This document shows, piece by piece, positions 34,257-44,237 of a stretch of DNA of 64,000 bases (the first letter of the stretch is position 1; each line of letters begins with the position of its first letter). Source of the DNA: a bacterium (GTDB lineage: Bacteria; UBA8248); the NCBI GenBank assembly GCA_965213685.1, contig CBDBZY010000031.1, positions 160,001-224,000 on the forward strand, written 5' to 3'. The translations under genes were made by a program, and so were the position numbers. The notes beneath the pieces are model-generated. The model did no database searches. It worked only from the letters and a program-made list of their open reading frames with translations, and had not been told where the DNA came from.

Positions 34257-35255
34257 TTACTTCATCAGCGCGAAGTAGGCGTTCTCCACCAGGGTGGTGT
34301 CGATGTGCTTCGTCACGTCAATGCGCTTGGGCAGCTTGCCCTTCTTCACGCTCACGTCGACGCCGTCCTGCACCTCCTTGATGTCCCTGTGCGTGATCAT
34401 CGCGCGGTCCCAGCGCATGAACCTGTACAGGTTGTTCTTCACCTTCTTCACGCTGAAGTCAAAGCCCTGGCTCTTCCAGAACTCCTGCACGATCTTCGCG
34501 GACTCATCGCGGCGGCGGTTCAGAAAGCGCATCGCCCGCACGTGGGCGTTCATGAAGCGCTGCGCGCCATCGGGGTTCTTCTCCCGGATGTAGGACCACG
34601 AACTCGTCAGGAAGACCGGGGAGGTGTAGCCCAGCAGGTCATCGTATTCCTTCGGCCCCATGACCATCCGGCCCAGGCCCTTGTCCACGATGATGGAGCC
34701 CCAGGGCTCCCAGGTCAGGCCTGCGTCCAGCGCGCCTCTCTCGAAGGCGGCCGGGAGCGAACCCGTCTTGGTGTTGCGGATCTTGAAGTCCTTGTCCGAG
34801 AGTCCGATGCGCGAGAGATACGTCATCCAGGTGGCCCAGGTTCCCGTGCCCATCTGCGCGCCGACGGTCTTTCCCCTGAGGTCCTTGACCGACTTGGTGG
34901 TCTTGTCCTTCACGGGGACGAGGACCATGTTCTGGTTCCCGTAGCGGTTCAGCGCGATGCCCACGACGTCCAGCCCGCGCGCCGCGATTTGGCCCACGCG
35001 CGAGCCGCGCGTGCTGATGATGTCGGCGGTGCCGCCGATCAGGGCGTCGATCAGGGCGCGGGGGCTCGTGACGCGACGCCGCACCTCCACCCCCTCGGCC
35101 TTGTAGAAACCCTTCTTCTCCGCAATATAGGGGATGGCCGCGTGCGAGGTGTTGTCGTGAATCAGGCGCAAGACGCCCTTCGCGGCCAGTGCGTTTGCGG
35201 TCCAGCCGAACACAGCGATAGTTGCCACCAACAACAACAGACCGAGGTTTTTCAT
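34257..35255 (-). CDS. ABC substrate-binding protein (SsuA/TauA-like)
   Basis: Signal peptide, AEKKGFYKAEG, KDLRGKTV, TWEPW. Confidence 0.88.
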   Translation of the reverse strand: MKNLGLLLLVATIAVFGWTANALAAKGVLRLIHDNTSHAAIPYIAEKKGFYKAEGVEVRRRVTSPRALIDALIGGTADIISTRGSRVGQIAARGLDVVGIALNRYGNQNMVLVPVKDKTTKSVKDLRGKTVGAQMGTGTWATWMTYLSRIGLSDKDFKIRNTKTGSLPAAFERGALDAGLTWEPWGSIIVDKGLGRMVMGPKEYDDLLGYTSPVFLTSSWSYIREKNPDGAQRFMNAHVRAMRFLNRRRDESAKIVQEFWKSQGFDFSVKKVKNNLYRFMRWDRAMITHRDIKEVQDGVDVSVKKGKLPKRIDVTKHIDTTLVENAYFALMK

Positions 35256-35339
35256 CGTATCCTCCTCCACTGATTGAGGCTCCCCCACTCTCTGCACCAC
35301 GCAGAGAAAAAACGACCAAGGCCGGCGAGGAGCGTCCCC

Positions 35340-35684
35340 TCACTCTCGCGCCGGGTGAAATATCGCCAGCAGCCTTACGTCCCTCGTCCCTCCCGTCATG
35401 CTCCGGTGCCGCGTCTTGCGGGGCAGAAAGATGCAGTCTCCGCCCCGAAACTCGATGCTCCGATCCTCCAGCTCGTAGCGGCCTTCTCCCTCAATGACGT
35501 AGATGAATTCGTCCTCTTCGTGATCGTGCCATTCGTGCGTCTCGCCTGGCCGGAAGATCGTCAGCCAACCGTCGACGTTCCAACCGTGGTCTTCTTGGGA
35601 GGTCATCCGCCAGGCCTGCGCTCCGCCCTCGAGCACCTTGTGCTTCCCGGTCCGGGGCCTTATCAGACAAGCCTCTCGCGCCAC
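35340..35684 (-). CDS. Cupin domain protein
   Basis: HEWHDHEEDEFIYVIEG and GDCIFLPRKTRH. Confidence 0.85.
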   Translation of the reverse strand: MAREACLIRPRTGKHKVLEGGAQAWRMTSQEDHGWNVDGWLTIFRPGETHEWHDHEEDEFIYVIEGEGRYELEDRSIEFRGGDCIFLPRKTRHRSMTGGTRDVRLLAIFHPARE

Positions 35685-36004
35685 CGGTCGCCTCCCCCCC
35701 ATCCGAACAGCCCGAGCCCGACTCCCCCCCCTCTAGAGGTGCTCACGCGCGCCGGCGCATGGGCGCACCGCGTCTGCAGAAAAACCTCCAGAGAAACTTC
35801 GCCGGCACCCATTCCCGGAGTCGAGAGGCGCATCCGCTACACCGAACGAACGGTTCCGACCCCTCCCCCCGGGCAACGAAATTCACGGCGATCTCGGCTA
35901 TCACATAGATATTTATAATATTGAGCGTATGCAGGTGCTTCTAGCACTTTCGGCGGGAGATGTCAACGCGGCGATCCCCCGCCGCCCTTATGTTTTCTAT
36001 GTTT

Positions 36005-37487
36005 TCATGTTTTCGCCGCGCGCCCCCGGCGGAAAATGCCATCGTAGAAGGTGAACAGCGAGACGATGAGCAGCAGGGTGCCGACGGGACTGGAAAGGAA
36101 GTGCCAAAACGGCTTGTTCTCGAAGGTGATCAGCGCCCTGCGCAGGTTCTCGTCCGCCAGGGAGCCCAGGATGACGGCCAGCACCATGGGCGCCAGGGGG
36201 AGGCCGAGACACCGGAGAAAGTAGCCGGCAAACCCCGCCGCCAGCATGACGTAGACGTCCACCATGCTCAACCGCACCGCGTACGCCCCCAGGATGCAGA
36301 TGGGGATGATGATGGGCATCAGCAGGGTGCGGGGCAGGCTGTAGAGCTTCACCGCCGGCTTCACCAGCAAGAGTCCGAACACGTACATCAGGAAGTTGGC
36401 CACGATGAGCGCCCCGTAGACGAAGTAGACGAGGCCGGGGTTCTCGATGTTGATGGTGGGGCCCATCACCACGTGCTTCAGCTCGAGGGCGGCCATGAAC
36501 GCCGCAGCCGGCGGGCTGCCCGGAATCCCCAGGGTCAGCGTGGGGAGGATGGTGCCGCCGATGCAAGCGTTGTTGGCCACCTCGCCGCAGACGATGCCCT
36601 CGTAGCTCCCCTTGCCGAACTTCTCGCGCTCCTCGGGCGATGCGCGGCGCTTCCCCACGTCGTAGGCGACGAAGGCGGCGATGTTCCCCCCCGCCCCGGG
36701 GATGGCTCCGATCACCGTGCCGATGATGCCCGAGCGCACCGACGATCGGGCATATCGCCACAGCATGGCGAAGGGGGGCACCACCCGGCCCACCTTCTCC
36801 GGAATCACGGGCGGCGCCTTCTGCGGGAGCACCCAGAGGACCTCGGTGAGTCCAAAAAAAACCGATGATCACCGGGATGTAGCTGATGCCGTCCTCGAGG
36901 AACACGTTGCCGAACGTGAAGCGCGGGACGCCGTACATGTTGTCGAGTCCGACGTAGGCGATGAGCAGCCCCAGCCAGCCGGATATCCAGCCCTTGAGGG
37001 GCGACTCGCCCGAGGTGAGCGTTCCGCAGATGGCGATCCCCCACAGCGCGAGGAGGAACATCTCCCAGGAGCGGAATTGCAGGGCGATCAGGAGAATGAG
37101 GGGGATGAACGCCACCAGCAGCAGGATGCCCACCCAGTTGCCCAGAAACGAGGCCACCAGCGCCGTGCCCAGCGCCAGGCCTCCCTCCCCTCTCTGGGCG
37201 AGGGGATGCCCCTCGATCATGGTGGGAACGGCGGCGGGCGTGCCCGGGATGTTCATCAGGACCGCGGTGATGGAGCCGCCGAAGACGCTCGCCGTGTAGA
37301 CGCCCAGCAGAAACATGATGGCCACGTCCTGGCTCATCTGGGCCGAGAGGCCGATGAGGAGCACCATGGACATGGTCGTCGAGATTCCCGGCATCGACCC
37401 CCAGAGAAGCCCCAGCATGGTGCCCAGGATACAGATGAACACCAGATACGGGTTCAGGGCGTGGATGACCTGCTCCAGGAAGAACAC
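36005..37487 (-). CDS. tctA: TctA permease, frameshift at A8 tract 36854-36861
   Basis: GSMPGIS, GGSITAVLMNIPGTP, then GAIPGAG and LTLGIPGS in the next frame. Confidence 0.88.
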
Positions 37488-37490
37488 GCC

Positions 37491-38150
37491 CTACCCCGAC
37501 CCCGGCAGCGGGATGTGGAAGCCGTAGCGAAACGCGGCGGCGAGAATCATCGTTGAAGCCAGGGAAACGAGGAAACAGCGGAGAAAGGGCTTCGGCCAGA
37601 ACAGGCGGAGCACGACCGCCAGTGCGGGGATGGTGACCGCCTCGAAGCTGCTGAAGCCGAGCCACCATCCCGCAACCCCCAGCGGAACGGCGACCTCGAA
37701 CGTGACCCAGTCGATGAGCAGCACATACAGGACCACCATCCCCATCAGGATGATCGCCCACTGGTTCTCGTAATCGCGCAAGCCATACCGCAACCACGCC
37801 ACGGGGGAGACGCCCGGCCGCCCCGCCCGGCCCTCCCCCCTGACCCACCGGAGGGCGCCCGCCCCGAGGCCGGCGGCCATGGCCAGCAGGCTGAGGCCTG
37901 TCAGAAAGGGCATGAAGCCCGGAGCGGTGAAGACGCTCCCCCCGGGGTTGGGCATGAGGAGGCCGAGGATCATGGCGAGAACGGCGACTGCGCCCACGCA
38001 GAGCGCCGCCGCCAGGTCCTTCCCGCGGGGGATCGCCTCCAGCCCGTCCCGGGAGGCGGGAGCCGGCTCGCGCGATTCTTCCGGCGCATCCGCGGCCTCC
38101 CCGGCGGGCTGCGGGGTCTCCTCCCGTTTGTCATCGTTCCAGGAAACCAT
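37491..38150 (-). CDS. TctB-like membrane protein
   Basis: APGFMP, hydrophobic helices, IPLP end; between tctC and tctA. Confidence 0.72.
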   Translation of the reverse strand: MVSWNDDKREETPQPAGEAADAPEESREPAPASRDGLEAIPRGKDLAAALCVGAVAVLAMILGLLMPNPGGSVFTAPGFMPFLTGLSLLAMAAGLGAGALRWVRGEGRAGRPGVSPVAWLRYGLRDYENQWAIILMGMVVLYVLLIDWVTFEVAVPLGVAGWWLGFSSFEAVTIPALAVVLRLFWPKPFLRCFLVSLASTMILAAAFRYGFHIPLPGSG

Positions 38151-38267
38151 ACCACTCTCTCCCGGCATATCGCGAGGCGGGGGGGAGCGTGGCCTCCCCG
38201 AACGGACCGTCGCTTCTCTCGGGAGTCCGTCCGGGGGGCCGCGCCATGGCGCGGGGGCGCGCTCCCT

Positions 38268-39416
38268 CTAGCTCATGCGGGGCTTGTATCCCTTCGGCGG
38301 CCACCAGGCGTCAAAATCCTTCGGGTCGGGAAGGCCCAGCTCCTTGGGGCCGCGCACCTTCTTGCCGATGTGCTTCTGCAGCCGCAGGAGGGTCTTGGCG
38401 CTCAGGCACTCCAGCAGCGCGGCCCGGCGATCCGCGTCCGCGCCCACGCGAATGTCGCTCTGGAAGTACTTGCGCTTCGCTATCTTCCCGAACGACTCCG
38501 ATTTCGCCGCGGCGATCCACGCCGGCTTGATCTTCTCCAGCACCTCGACCGGCGTCTCCCGCTCGACGCCGATGCTGTAGGTTCCGCCCATGGGCAGCAG
38601 ACCCTGGAGTGCGGGCAGGAAGTTGCCCACGTTGGAGGCCTTCCCGTAGCCCGGAATGTCCAAATCCTTCGGTCCGGTGTGCATGAGGTTGCGGAGCTTG
38701 CCCGCCCGCAGGAACTCGACGTGCTCATGGACGCCGCCGCCGGCGATGTCCACCTCGCCCTGCAGGCCGGCGACCGTGGCGGGCTTTCCGCCCTTGTAGG
38801 GGACGAACCGCAGCTCGATGCCGGCGGCGTCCGCGACGATGGCGCCCACCTCATGCCAGATGCTGCCCACGCCCGAGGTGGAGATGGTGAGCTTGCCGGG
38901 GCGCTTCTTGGCGGCGGCGATCACGTCGCCGAAGCTCTTGAAGGGGGAGTCGGGGCGCACCGACCAGCTCGCCAGCGAGGTGGCCGCGCCGAAGTGCTGC
39001 CAGTCCATCCACGCCGCGGAATCGACATACCCCATGGGCCGGACGAACTTGTTGTAGTTCGCGGCGCCCAGCCAGGTGTAGCCGTCGGCCGCCTTGTTGA
39101 GGACGTAGCGGGTGGCCACTCCGCCGGAGGAGCCGGGACGGTTGATGACGTTCACGCGCCAGCCGGTGGTGCGGGCCATCTCTCCCACCAGGGTGCGAAT
39201 GACGGTGTCGGTGCCGCCGCCCGCCGCGTACATGACCACCGTGGTGATGGGCCGCTCGGGCCAGCCTGCGGCGCCGGCCTTGCGCGAGGTGAGCACCATC
39301 GGCGCCATGGCCGCGGCGCCTGCGGCGCCAAGGGTGCGGATGAAGCCCCTGCGCGTGATATCGGACGCTTCGGGAACGATGATCCCGGGGTGCTCGTGCG
39401 ACTCTTTTCTGGACAT
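38268..39416 (-). CDS. TctC/Bug substrate-binding protein with Tat signal
   Basis: TRRGFI twin-arginine, WPERPI, AAGGGTD, ADGYT, VPYKGG. Confidence 0.88.
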   Translation of the reverse strand: MSRKESHEHPGIIVPEASDITRRGFIRTLGAAGAAAMAPMVLTSRKAGAAGWPERPITTVVMYAAGGGTDTVIRTLVGEMARTTGWRVNVINRPGSSGGVATRYVLNKAADGYTWLGAANYNKFVRPMGYVDSAAWMDWQHFGAATSLASWSVRPDSPFKSFGDVIAAAKKRPGKLTISTSGVGSIWHEVGAIVADAAGIELRFVPYKGGKPATVAGLQGEVDIAGGGVHEHVEFLRAGKLRNLMHTGPKDLDIPGYGKASNVGNFLPALQGLLPMGGTYSIGVERETPVEVLEKIKPAWIAAAKSESFGKIAKRKYFQSDIRVGADADRRAALLECLSAKTLLRLQKHIGKKVRGPKELGLPDPKDFDAWWPPKGYKPRMS

Positions 39417-39654
39417 GACGACCTCCTCCGATTGAGATGAAACGACCGCCCGGGGACAGCGTGGCGGCCGACTACAACCCCACCCGACACACGATTCATG
39501 CGGCGCTTTCCGGCCGGCCTCACTTTCCATCCGGCCGGCCATTACTACGTCGATGCTTTCTCCGCGATGCCCCATCCTAGCGCAAAGAGGAGACGCCGCG
39601 CAACCGGCGGCGCCCGGCACTGGGAGGAGGGAAAGCGCGCCGAAACGGCGGCCG

Positions 39655-40035
39655 CTAGCCGCAGTGTATCGCGCGCACGCGCCCGTCGGCCTCGAGGACG
39701 ACGTTCATCCGCTCGGGCCGATGATCCGCCGTGATCCGGCTGCCAAAGGAGTACACCCGCAGAGGCTGCGGCAGGGCGGCCGTGTCCACCTCCCCTATCG
39801 GCCGTCCGACCATCGCCTGGTATCGCGCGGCGGCGCACGTCCCCTTGCCGGCGGGCGCGGGGCGCGCCCTTTTCTTCGCCGCCTCCTTGCCGGGCGGGCG
39901 GGATTCGGCAACCCTGCCCGCTCCGGGGGCCGCAACGGCCGCGCAGCCCGAGAGCAGCCCTCCCGACAAGAGGAGCGGCATGATCCTGCGGCAGAGCACC
40001 CTCCCGCACCGGCGCATCGTCCCTCTCCTCTCCAT
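39655..40035 (-). CDS. I78 family peptidase inhibitor, lipoprotein
   Basis: LSGC lipobox, C.A..YQAMVG, ITADHRPERMNV, terminal CG; start uncertain. Confidence 0.82.
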   Translation of the reverse strand: MERRGTMRRCGRVLCRRIMPLLLSGGLLSGCAAVAAPGAGRVAESRPPGKEAAKKRARPAPAGKGTCAAARYQAMVGRPIGEVDTAALPQPLRVYSFGSRITADHRPERMNVVLEADGRVRAIHCG

Positions 40036-40090
40036 GCGTCCGTCCCCGCGAAAGGCGCGCCGCGCGATTCGCCCGACGCGCGGGCCGTTC

Positions 40091-42466
40091 TCAGAATTCC
40101 TTTCGCAAGCCCACCAGCAGGTTGAGCGCGAGGTCCGATGCCGCGTGCCCCGGATTGTGCGAAACGACCGCCTCCGCCCGCAATTCGCCGTCGAACAGCC
40201 CCCGTCCGACCCAGCGGGCCGTCAAGTCAACCTGCCTGCCGGAGGGAACGAGGCCTGCCGAGAACGATTCGCGCAGGACGGCGCCGTCCCGGGTGCGTCC
40301 GATCGGCAGCGTGATCCGCGCCGACCCGTTTTCTATCCGCGGCGGCTGGGACAGCGCAAACGTGATCTCGTCGCGCCCCCAGAACCGGCTGGCGCGCAGC
40401 GAAAGCGCACTCGTGGTCAGCTGCGAGAAGCCGTCGATGACGCCGCCGGCCGCACCCGGTGCGACCAGGCCGACCTCGGCGTCGAGGACGAGGCGCCACC
40501 CTCCCCATTCGGCGGCCGCCTCGAACCCGGCGAAAACGTTGTCGGCCGAAAGCCTCCCGAAGGCGCCCTCCGCCGTGGAGCCGAGGACGCTTTCCTCCTC
40601 CCGAAGCCACCCGACGCGCACGCCGAACGGAGCGTCCGGCGGTCGCCAGGCCAGGTATGCGCCCACTTCCGACGCCTCGTTCGAGAGCGGGTCGGCGGCG
40701 GCGAACGTCGCCGCCTCGAGGCCGCCCCGCGCCTGGAAGGCGAAGGTCGCGGCGCCCTCCGCGAGGTTGAGCAGACTGCTTTCGGCATTCGCCGGCGACT
40801 CGTGGAGGCCGAACCGCCATGCGCCCAGGCGGACGGCGCGCGCACGCGCGCCCACCGTCATCCGCGTGCCGCGCGCGGCGGGCCAGGCGCCGACCCCCTC
40901 CCGGGGCGATGAGACGGGACGGCCGACCCGCGTCAGGGAAGAGGGGCGGGCGGCGGAGCCGGTGAACTGCGAAGCCTCGAACCAGAACGGCGCGCCCAAG
41001 GCGTCGAACGCCGCTATTTCGCGCCCGGCCAACGAGCGCGAGAGGCCGTCCCCGAAGGCGGCGCCCGTCCTGAAGCGGGTGGCCTGTATGTCGGGACCGC
41101 CGCCGCCGACCCGCCCGCCCATGCTGACCCGCGCCGCCTCCACCGGCGAGACCGCAGCGCCCAGGTCCATCGCGCCCTGCCCGTAGATGGAGGAGGTGCC
41201 GTCATCCCGGTCGGCCGCGTATACGCCGCTCTTGTCGGCGGTCGCGAAAAGCCGCGTGACCAGGTCCCTGTTGGAGAGCTGGCCGCGAAAGAACTGCTTC
41301 ATCAGCGCGAGGCCGCCGGCGACCATGGGCGCGGCGAAAGAGGTGCCATAAGTGATGCCGTATAGGAACTCTCCGGGCTGGGGCGGAGGGGAGCCGAAAA
41401 ACGCGACCGTGACGTCGACGCCGGGGGCGGCGATGCACCAGCGCCCGGCAATCCCGCAGCGGTTGGAAAAATCGGCGATCTCCCCGTCCCGATCCAAAGC
41501 CACCACGACGACGCTATGGCCCCGGAGTTCGGGCAGCCGGGCAACCGCCCCGCCGTCAATGCTGGGCGAGGTCGCCCGGTGGGCATAGCCCGTAGGACTT
41601 GCCGAATCGGAAAAGCAGTTCTCATCAATCCCCGGACTGCAGGGTCTGCCGTGGGTGTTGCCTGCGGCCCAGACAAAAATCGCCGGATCCGCCACGCCCC
41701 TCTGCGCGATCACCTCGAGTTCCCGGCCAAGCGCGGCGCGCAACGCGTCTGCGTCATGGTTCTCGATGAACGCGTCGGGGGTGCCGTAGCTGTTGTTGAC
41801 GATGTCGACGCCGCTTCGCAACACCTCCCGATACGCGTCCGCGTAGTCGAACGAACTCTTGCGCGGATCATCCCCTGGGAGGTGAGGGCCGATAGGTATG
41901 GTGAACACCTTGAAGTGGGCGTCGTGGGCGATGCCGACGAAGCCCGCCCCGTTCGGCTGTGCGGCCATGACGCTCGTGACGGCGGTGCCATGCGAAGACT
42001 CACCCAAACGGAAATCCCCATGCTTCTCGTCCGGCAGCCCCTGGAGGCGGATTTCCGTCAAGCTCGCACCCTCGAGCTCGTAATGGGTGAGGTCGACCCC
42101 CGTATCTATGACGCCGATGGTCACGCCGGTTCCGGGCTTCGTCTCCGCGCCGTGCTTCACGGCGAGTGCCGCATGGGCCTCGTGCGCGTTGACGCTTCGG
42201 AGTCCCCACTGCCCCGGGAATTCGCGCCCCCCGCTGGATCCTCCGCTGAATTCGAAGTCCGCGAGAATATCAGCGGCGCGCGCATCCCGAAGGCGGAGGA
42301 ACGCCTCCTCCGAGATGCATCCATGAGCGGCGGTCTCGACGCAGGGAACGACAGGGGCAGGCGCGGCAGTCCGTGAACCGCCGCCGCCCCCGCCGCCGCA
42401 GCCGGACAGGACAAGGAGGAACGACAGCCCGAGGCAGGAGGCAAAACCGCGAGTGCGAACGAACAT
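40091..42466 (-). CDS. S8 (subtilisin-like) serine peptidase lipoprotein with C-terminal beta-barrel-like domain
   Basis: LSGC-G7 N-terminus, VIDTG, SHGTAV, AAGN, FSNRCG, GTSFAAP; terminal Phe. Confidence 0.9.
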   Translation of the reverse strand: MFVRTRGFASCLGLSFLLVLSGCGGGGGGGSRTAAPAPVVPCVETAAHGCISEEAFLRLRDARAADILADFEFSGGSSGGREFPGQWGLRSVNAHEAHAALAVKHGAETKPGTGVTIGVIDTGVDLTHYELEGASLTEIRLQGLPDEKHGDFRLGESSHGTAVTSVMAAQPNGAGFVGIAHDAHFKVFTIPIGPHLPGDDPRKSSFDYADAYREVLRSGVDIVNNSYGTPDAFIENHDADALRAALGRELEVIAQRGVADPAIFVWAAGNTHGRPCSPGIDENCFSDSASPTGYAHRATSPSIDGGAVARLPELRGHSVVVVALDRDGEIADFSNRCGIAGRWCIAAPGVDVTVAFFGSPPPQPGEFLYGITYGTSFAAPMVAGGLALMKQFFRGQLSNRDLVTRLFATADKSGVYAADRDDGTSSIYGQGAMDLGAAVSPVEAARVSMGGRVGGGGPDIQATRFRTGAAFGDGLSRSLAGREIAAFDALGAPFWFEASQFTGSAARPSSLTRVGRPVSSPREGVGAWPAARGTRMTVGARARAVRLGAWRFGLHESPANAESSLLNLAEGAATFAFQARGGLEAATFAAADPLSNEASEVGAYLAWRPPDAPFGVRVGWLREEESVLGSTAEGAFGRLSADNVFAGFEAAAEWGGWRLVLDAEVGLVAPGAAGGVIDGFSQLTTSALSLRASRFWGRDEITFALSQPPRIENGSARITLPIGRTRDGAVLRESFSAGLVPSGRQVDLTARWVGRGLFDGELRAEAVVSHNPGHAASDLALNLLVGLRKEF

Positions 42467-42637
42467 GGCCGTCTCCTTTCAAAGCGATTGCGCGTGCCCG
42501 ACCCTTGTCGCCTGTGAAATGTGCACCGAATTGTAATCCGGCCCTCATCTCATTGCCAACGTGGGCGTGATAGCATAAAGAGGACGCGGAAATATGAGCG
42601 CCCCCCCTCCTTATCAAGCCAGAAGGAAGCGTGAGAG

Positions 42638-43666
42638 ATGAAGCTGGGAATCCTGACCGGAGGCGGAGACTGCCCCGGACTGAACGCGGTCATCCGCGCG
42701 GTGGCGGCGTCGAATTTTCATCGCGGGAGCGAGACGCTGGGCGTCCGCCGGGGGTGGCGCGGGCTGGTCGAGGGGGATTTCGTCGAAATCACCGGGCCGA
42801 TGATCTCGGGCATCCTCGACAAGGGCGGCACCATTCTGGGCTCCTCCAGGACGAATCCGATGAAGGAGGCGGCCACCTTCGCGCGGTTCCGGGAAAACTG
42901 GCGCGCCTCCGGCATCGACGGCCTCGTCGCCATCGGGGGGGACGACACGCTGAGCGTCGCCGCCTTCCTGAGCAAGCGGGGCTTCCGCGTCATCAGCGTG
43001 CCCAAAACCATCGACAACGACATCGGCCTGACGGACTACTCGTTCGGCTTCCACACCGCCGTCGGCGTCATCACCGACGCCATCGACCGCCTGCGCACCA
43101 CGGCGGAGGCCCACGACCGCGTCATCATTCTCGAGGTCATGGGACGCCAGTCGGGCTGGCTCGCCACCTATGCGGGAATCGCGGGCGGTGCCGACCTCAT
43201 ACTCGTGCCCGAGCGTCCCTTCGAGATCGACGAGGTGGTCAGCGTTCTCCAGGGGCGCTTCGCGCGCGGGCGCAACTTCGCCAACGTCGTCGTGGCCGAG
43301 GGCGCCAAGCCCAGGGGCATGGAGCACTACATCACGCGCAGCCAGGCACAAGATGAGTTCGGCCACGTCCAGCTCGGCGGCGTCGGGGAATACCTCGCCA
43401 AGGAAATCGGGGATCGCATGCGCGTGGACACGCGCGCCGTCATCCTGGGGCACATCCAGCGCGGGGGCGCGCCCGTGCCCTACGACCGGGTGCTGGCGAC
43501 CCGCCTGGGCGTGCGGGCGAGCGAATTCGCGCACGAGGGAACCTGGGGGGTCATGGCCGCACTCCAGGGCCGGGACATCCGCCCCGTTCCCCTGGAGGAG
43601 GTTCTCGGAAAGGTGAACGAGCTGCGCGCGGATTTCTACGACGCAGCGGCACTCTTTTTCGGATGA
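42638..43666 (+). CDS. pfkA: 6-phosphofructokinase (PfkA family)
   Basis: LTGGGDCPGLN, GGTILGSSR, GGDDT, PKTIDND, EVMGR, LGHIQRGG. Confidence 0.93.
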   Translation: MKLGILTGGGDCPGLNAVIRAVAASNFHRGSETLGVRRGWRGLVEGDFVEITGPMISGILDKGGTILGSSRTNPMKEAATFARFRENWRASGIDGLVAIGGDDTLSVAAFLSKRGFRVISVPKTIDNDIGLTDYSFGFHTAVGVITDAIDRLRTTAEAHDRVIILEVMGRQSGWLATYAGIAGGADLILVPERPFEIDEVVSVLQGRFARGRNFANVVVAEGAKPRGMEHYITRSQAQDEFGHVQLGGVGEYLAKEIGDRMRVDTRAVILGHIQRGGAPVPYDRVLATRLGVRASEFAHEGTWGVMAALQGRDIRPVPLEEVLGKVNELRADFYDAAALFFG

Positions 43667-43804
43667 GCGGCCCTCCTCCCCTCCAGTCGCAGAGGGCGGG
43701 GAGGGGGCGCATCTGCGCGGAACCTTCGCGCTGCGGGCGCCTTTTCTTCGGGTGCGGGCCTGTGCGCGGAGACGAGACGCGGCGGGGCGCCTCGCCGCTT
43801 CTCC

Positions 43805-43897
43805 TGGCGGAGAGGGGGGGATTCGAACCCCCGAGGCACCTTGTGGGCGCCTATACGATTTCCAGTCGTACTCCTTCGGCCTCTCGGACACCTCTCC
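43805..43897 (-). tRNA. tRNA-Ser(GGA)
   Basis: Minus strand GGAGAGG...CCTCTCC-GCCA, anticodon arm TACGA-CT-GGA-AA-TCGTA, long variable arm. Confidence 0.95.
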
Positions 43898-44017
43898 TCG
43901 GCGCGAGAGTCTGTATATCACGGACGGCTCCGCCTCGCCAGGGATTGCGGATGCCTGTTGACTTTTCCCCTCCTTTCCCCGATGATTCCCGGTACGTCAG
44001 AAAGGAGGTGATCCTAT

Positions 44018-44056
44018 ATGAAAACAGACTGTAGGGACGAGGTGGCTGGCGCTTAG
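44018..44056 (+). CDS. 12-aa small ORF MKTDCRDEVAGA
   Basis: ATG 3 nt after a maximal Shine-Dalgarno sequence; TAG stop. Confidence 0.5.
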   Translation: MKTDCRDEVAGA

Positions 44057-44129
44057 GGGAGAGAACCCTGAGGAGGTTCCCGGGGTCATCTTCGCCCAGG
44101 CGAATCCCCACCAGCCCACCGCAAAGGTG

Positions 44130-44158
44130 AAACCCCGGCCCGGGAGGGCCGGGGTTTT
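44130..44158 (+). terminator. Rho-independent terminator-like hairpin
   Basis: AAACCCCGGCCC-GGGA-GGGCCGGGGTTTT. Confidence 0.75.
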
Positions 44159-44237
44159 CGCAACTTTCGTGCGCGGGGAAAACCGCCAAGGCTTCCTCCC
44201 GCATTTTTCCGAATGCTTAGATAAGGAGCGTGTCCGC

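Larger units (their letters stand above)
43993..44160 (+). ncRNA. Putative structured small RNA / sORF mRNA with 16-nt anti-16S segment
   Basis: TTGACT-17-GATGAT upstream (43958-43986); AGAAAGGAGGTGATCC at 43999-44014; long hairpin; terminator. Confidence 0.55.

Noticed and set aside
43999-44014. 16S rRNA fragment on the minus strand
   Set aside because: The match stops after 16 nt; the adjacent helix 45 sequence is absent.
44057-44158. tmRNA, tRNA-like element (GGGGA...TCCCCACCA) or hammerhead ribozyme (CTGAGGA...GAAA)
   Set aside because: Only a 5-bp acceptor, no T-loop or G3-U70 pair; hammerhead stem II cannot form between the two core motifs.
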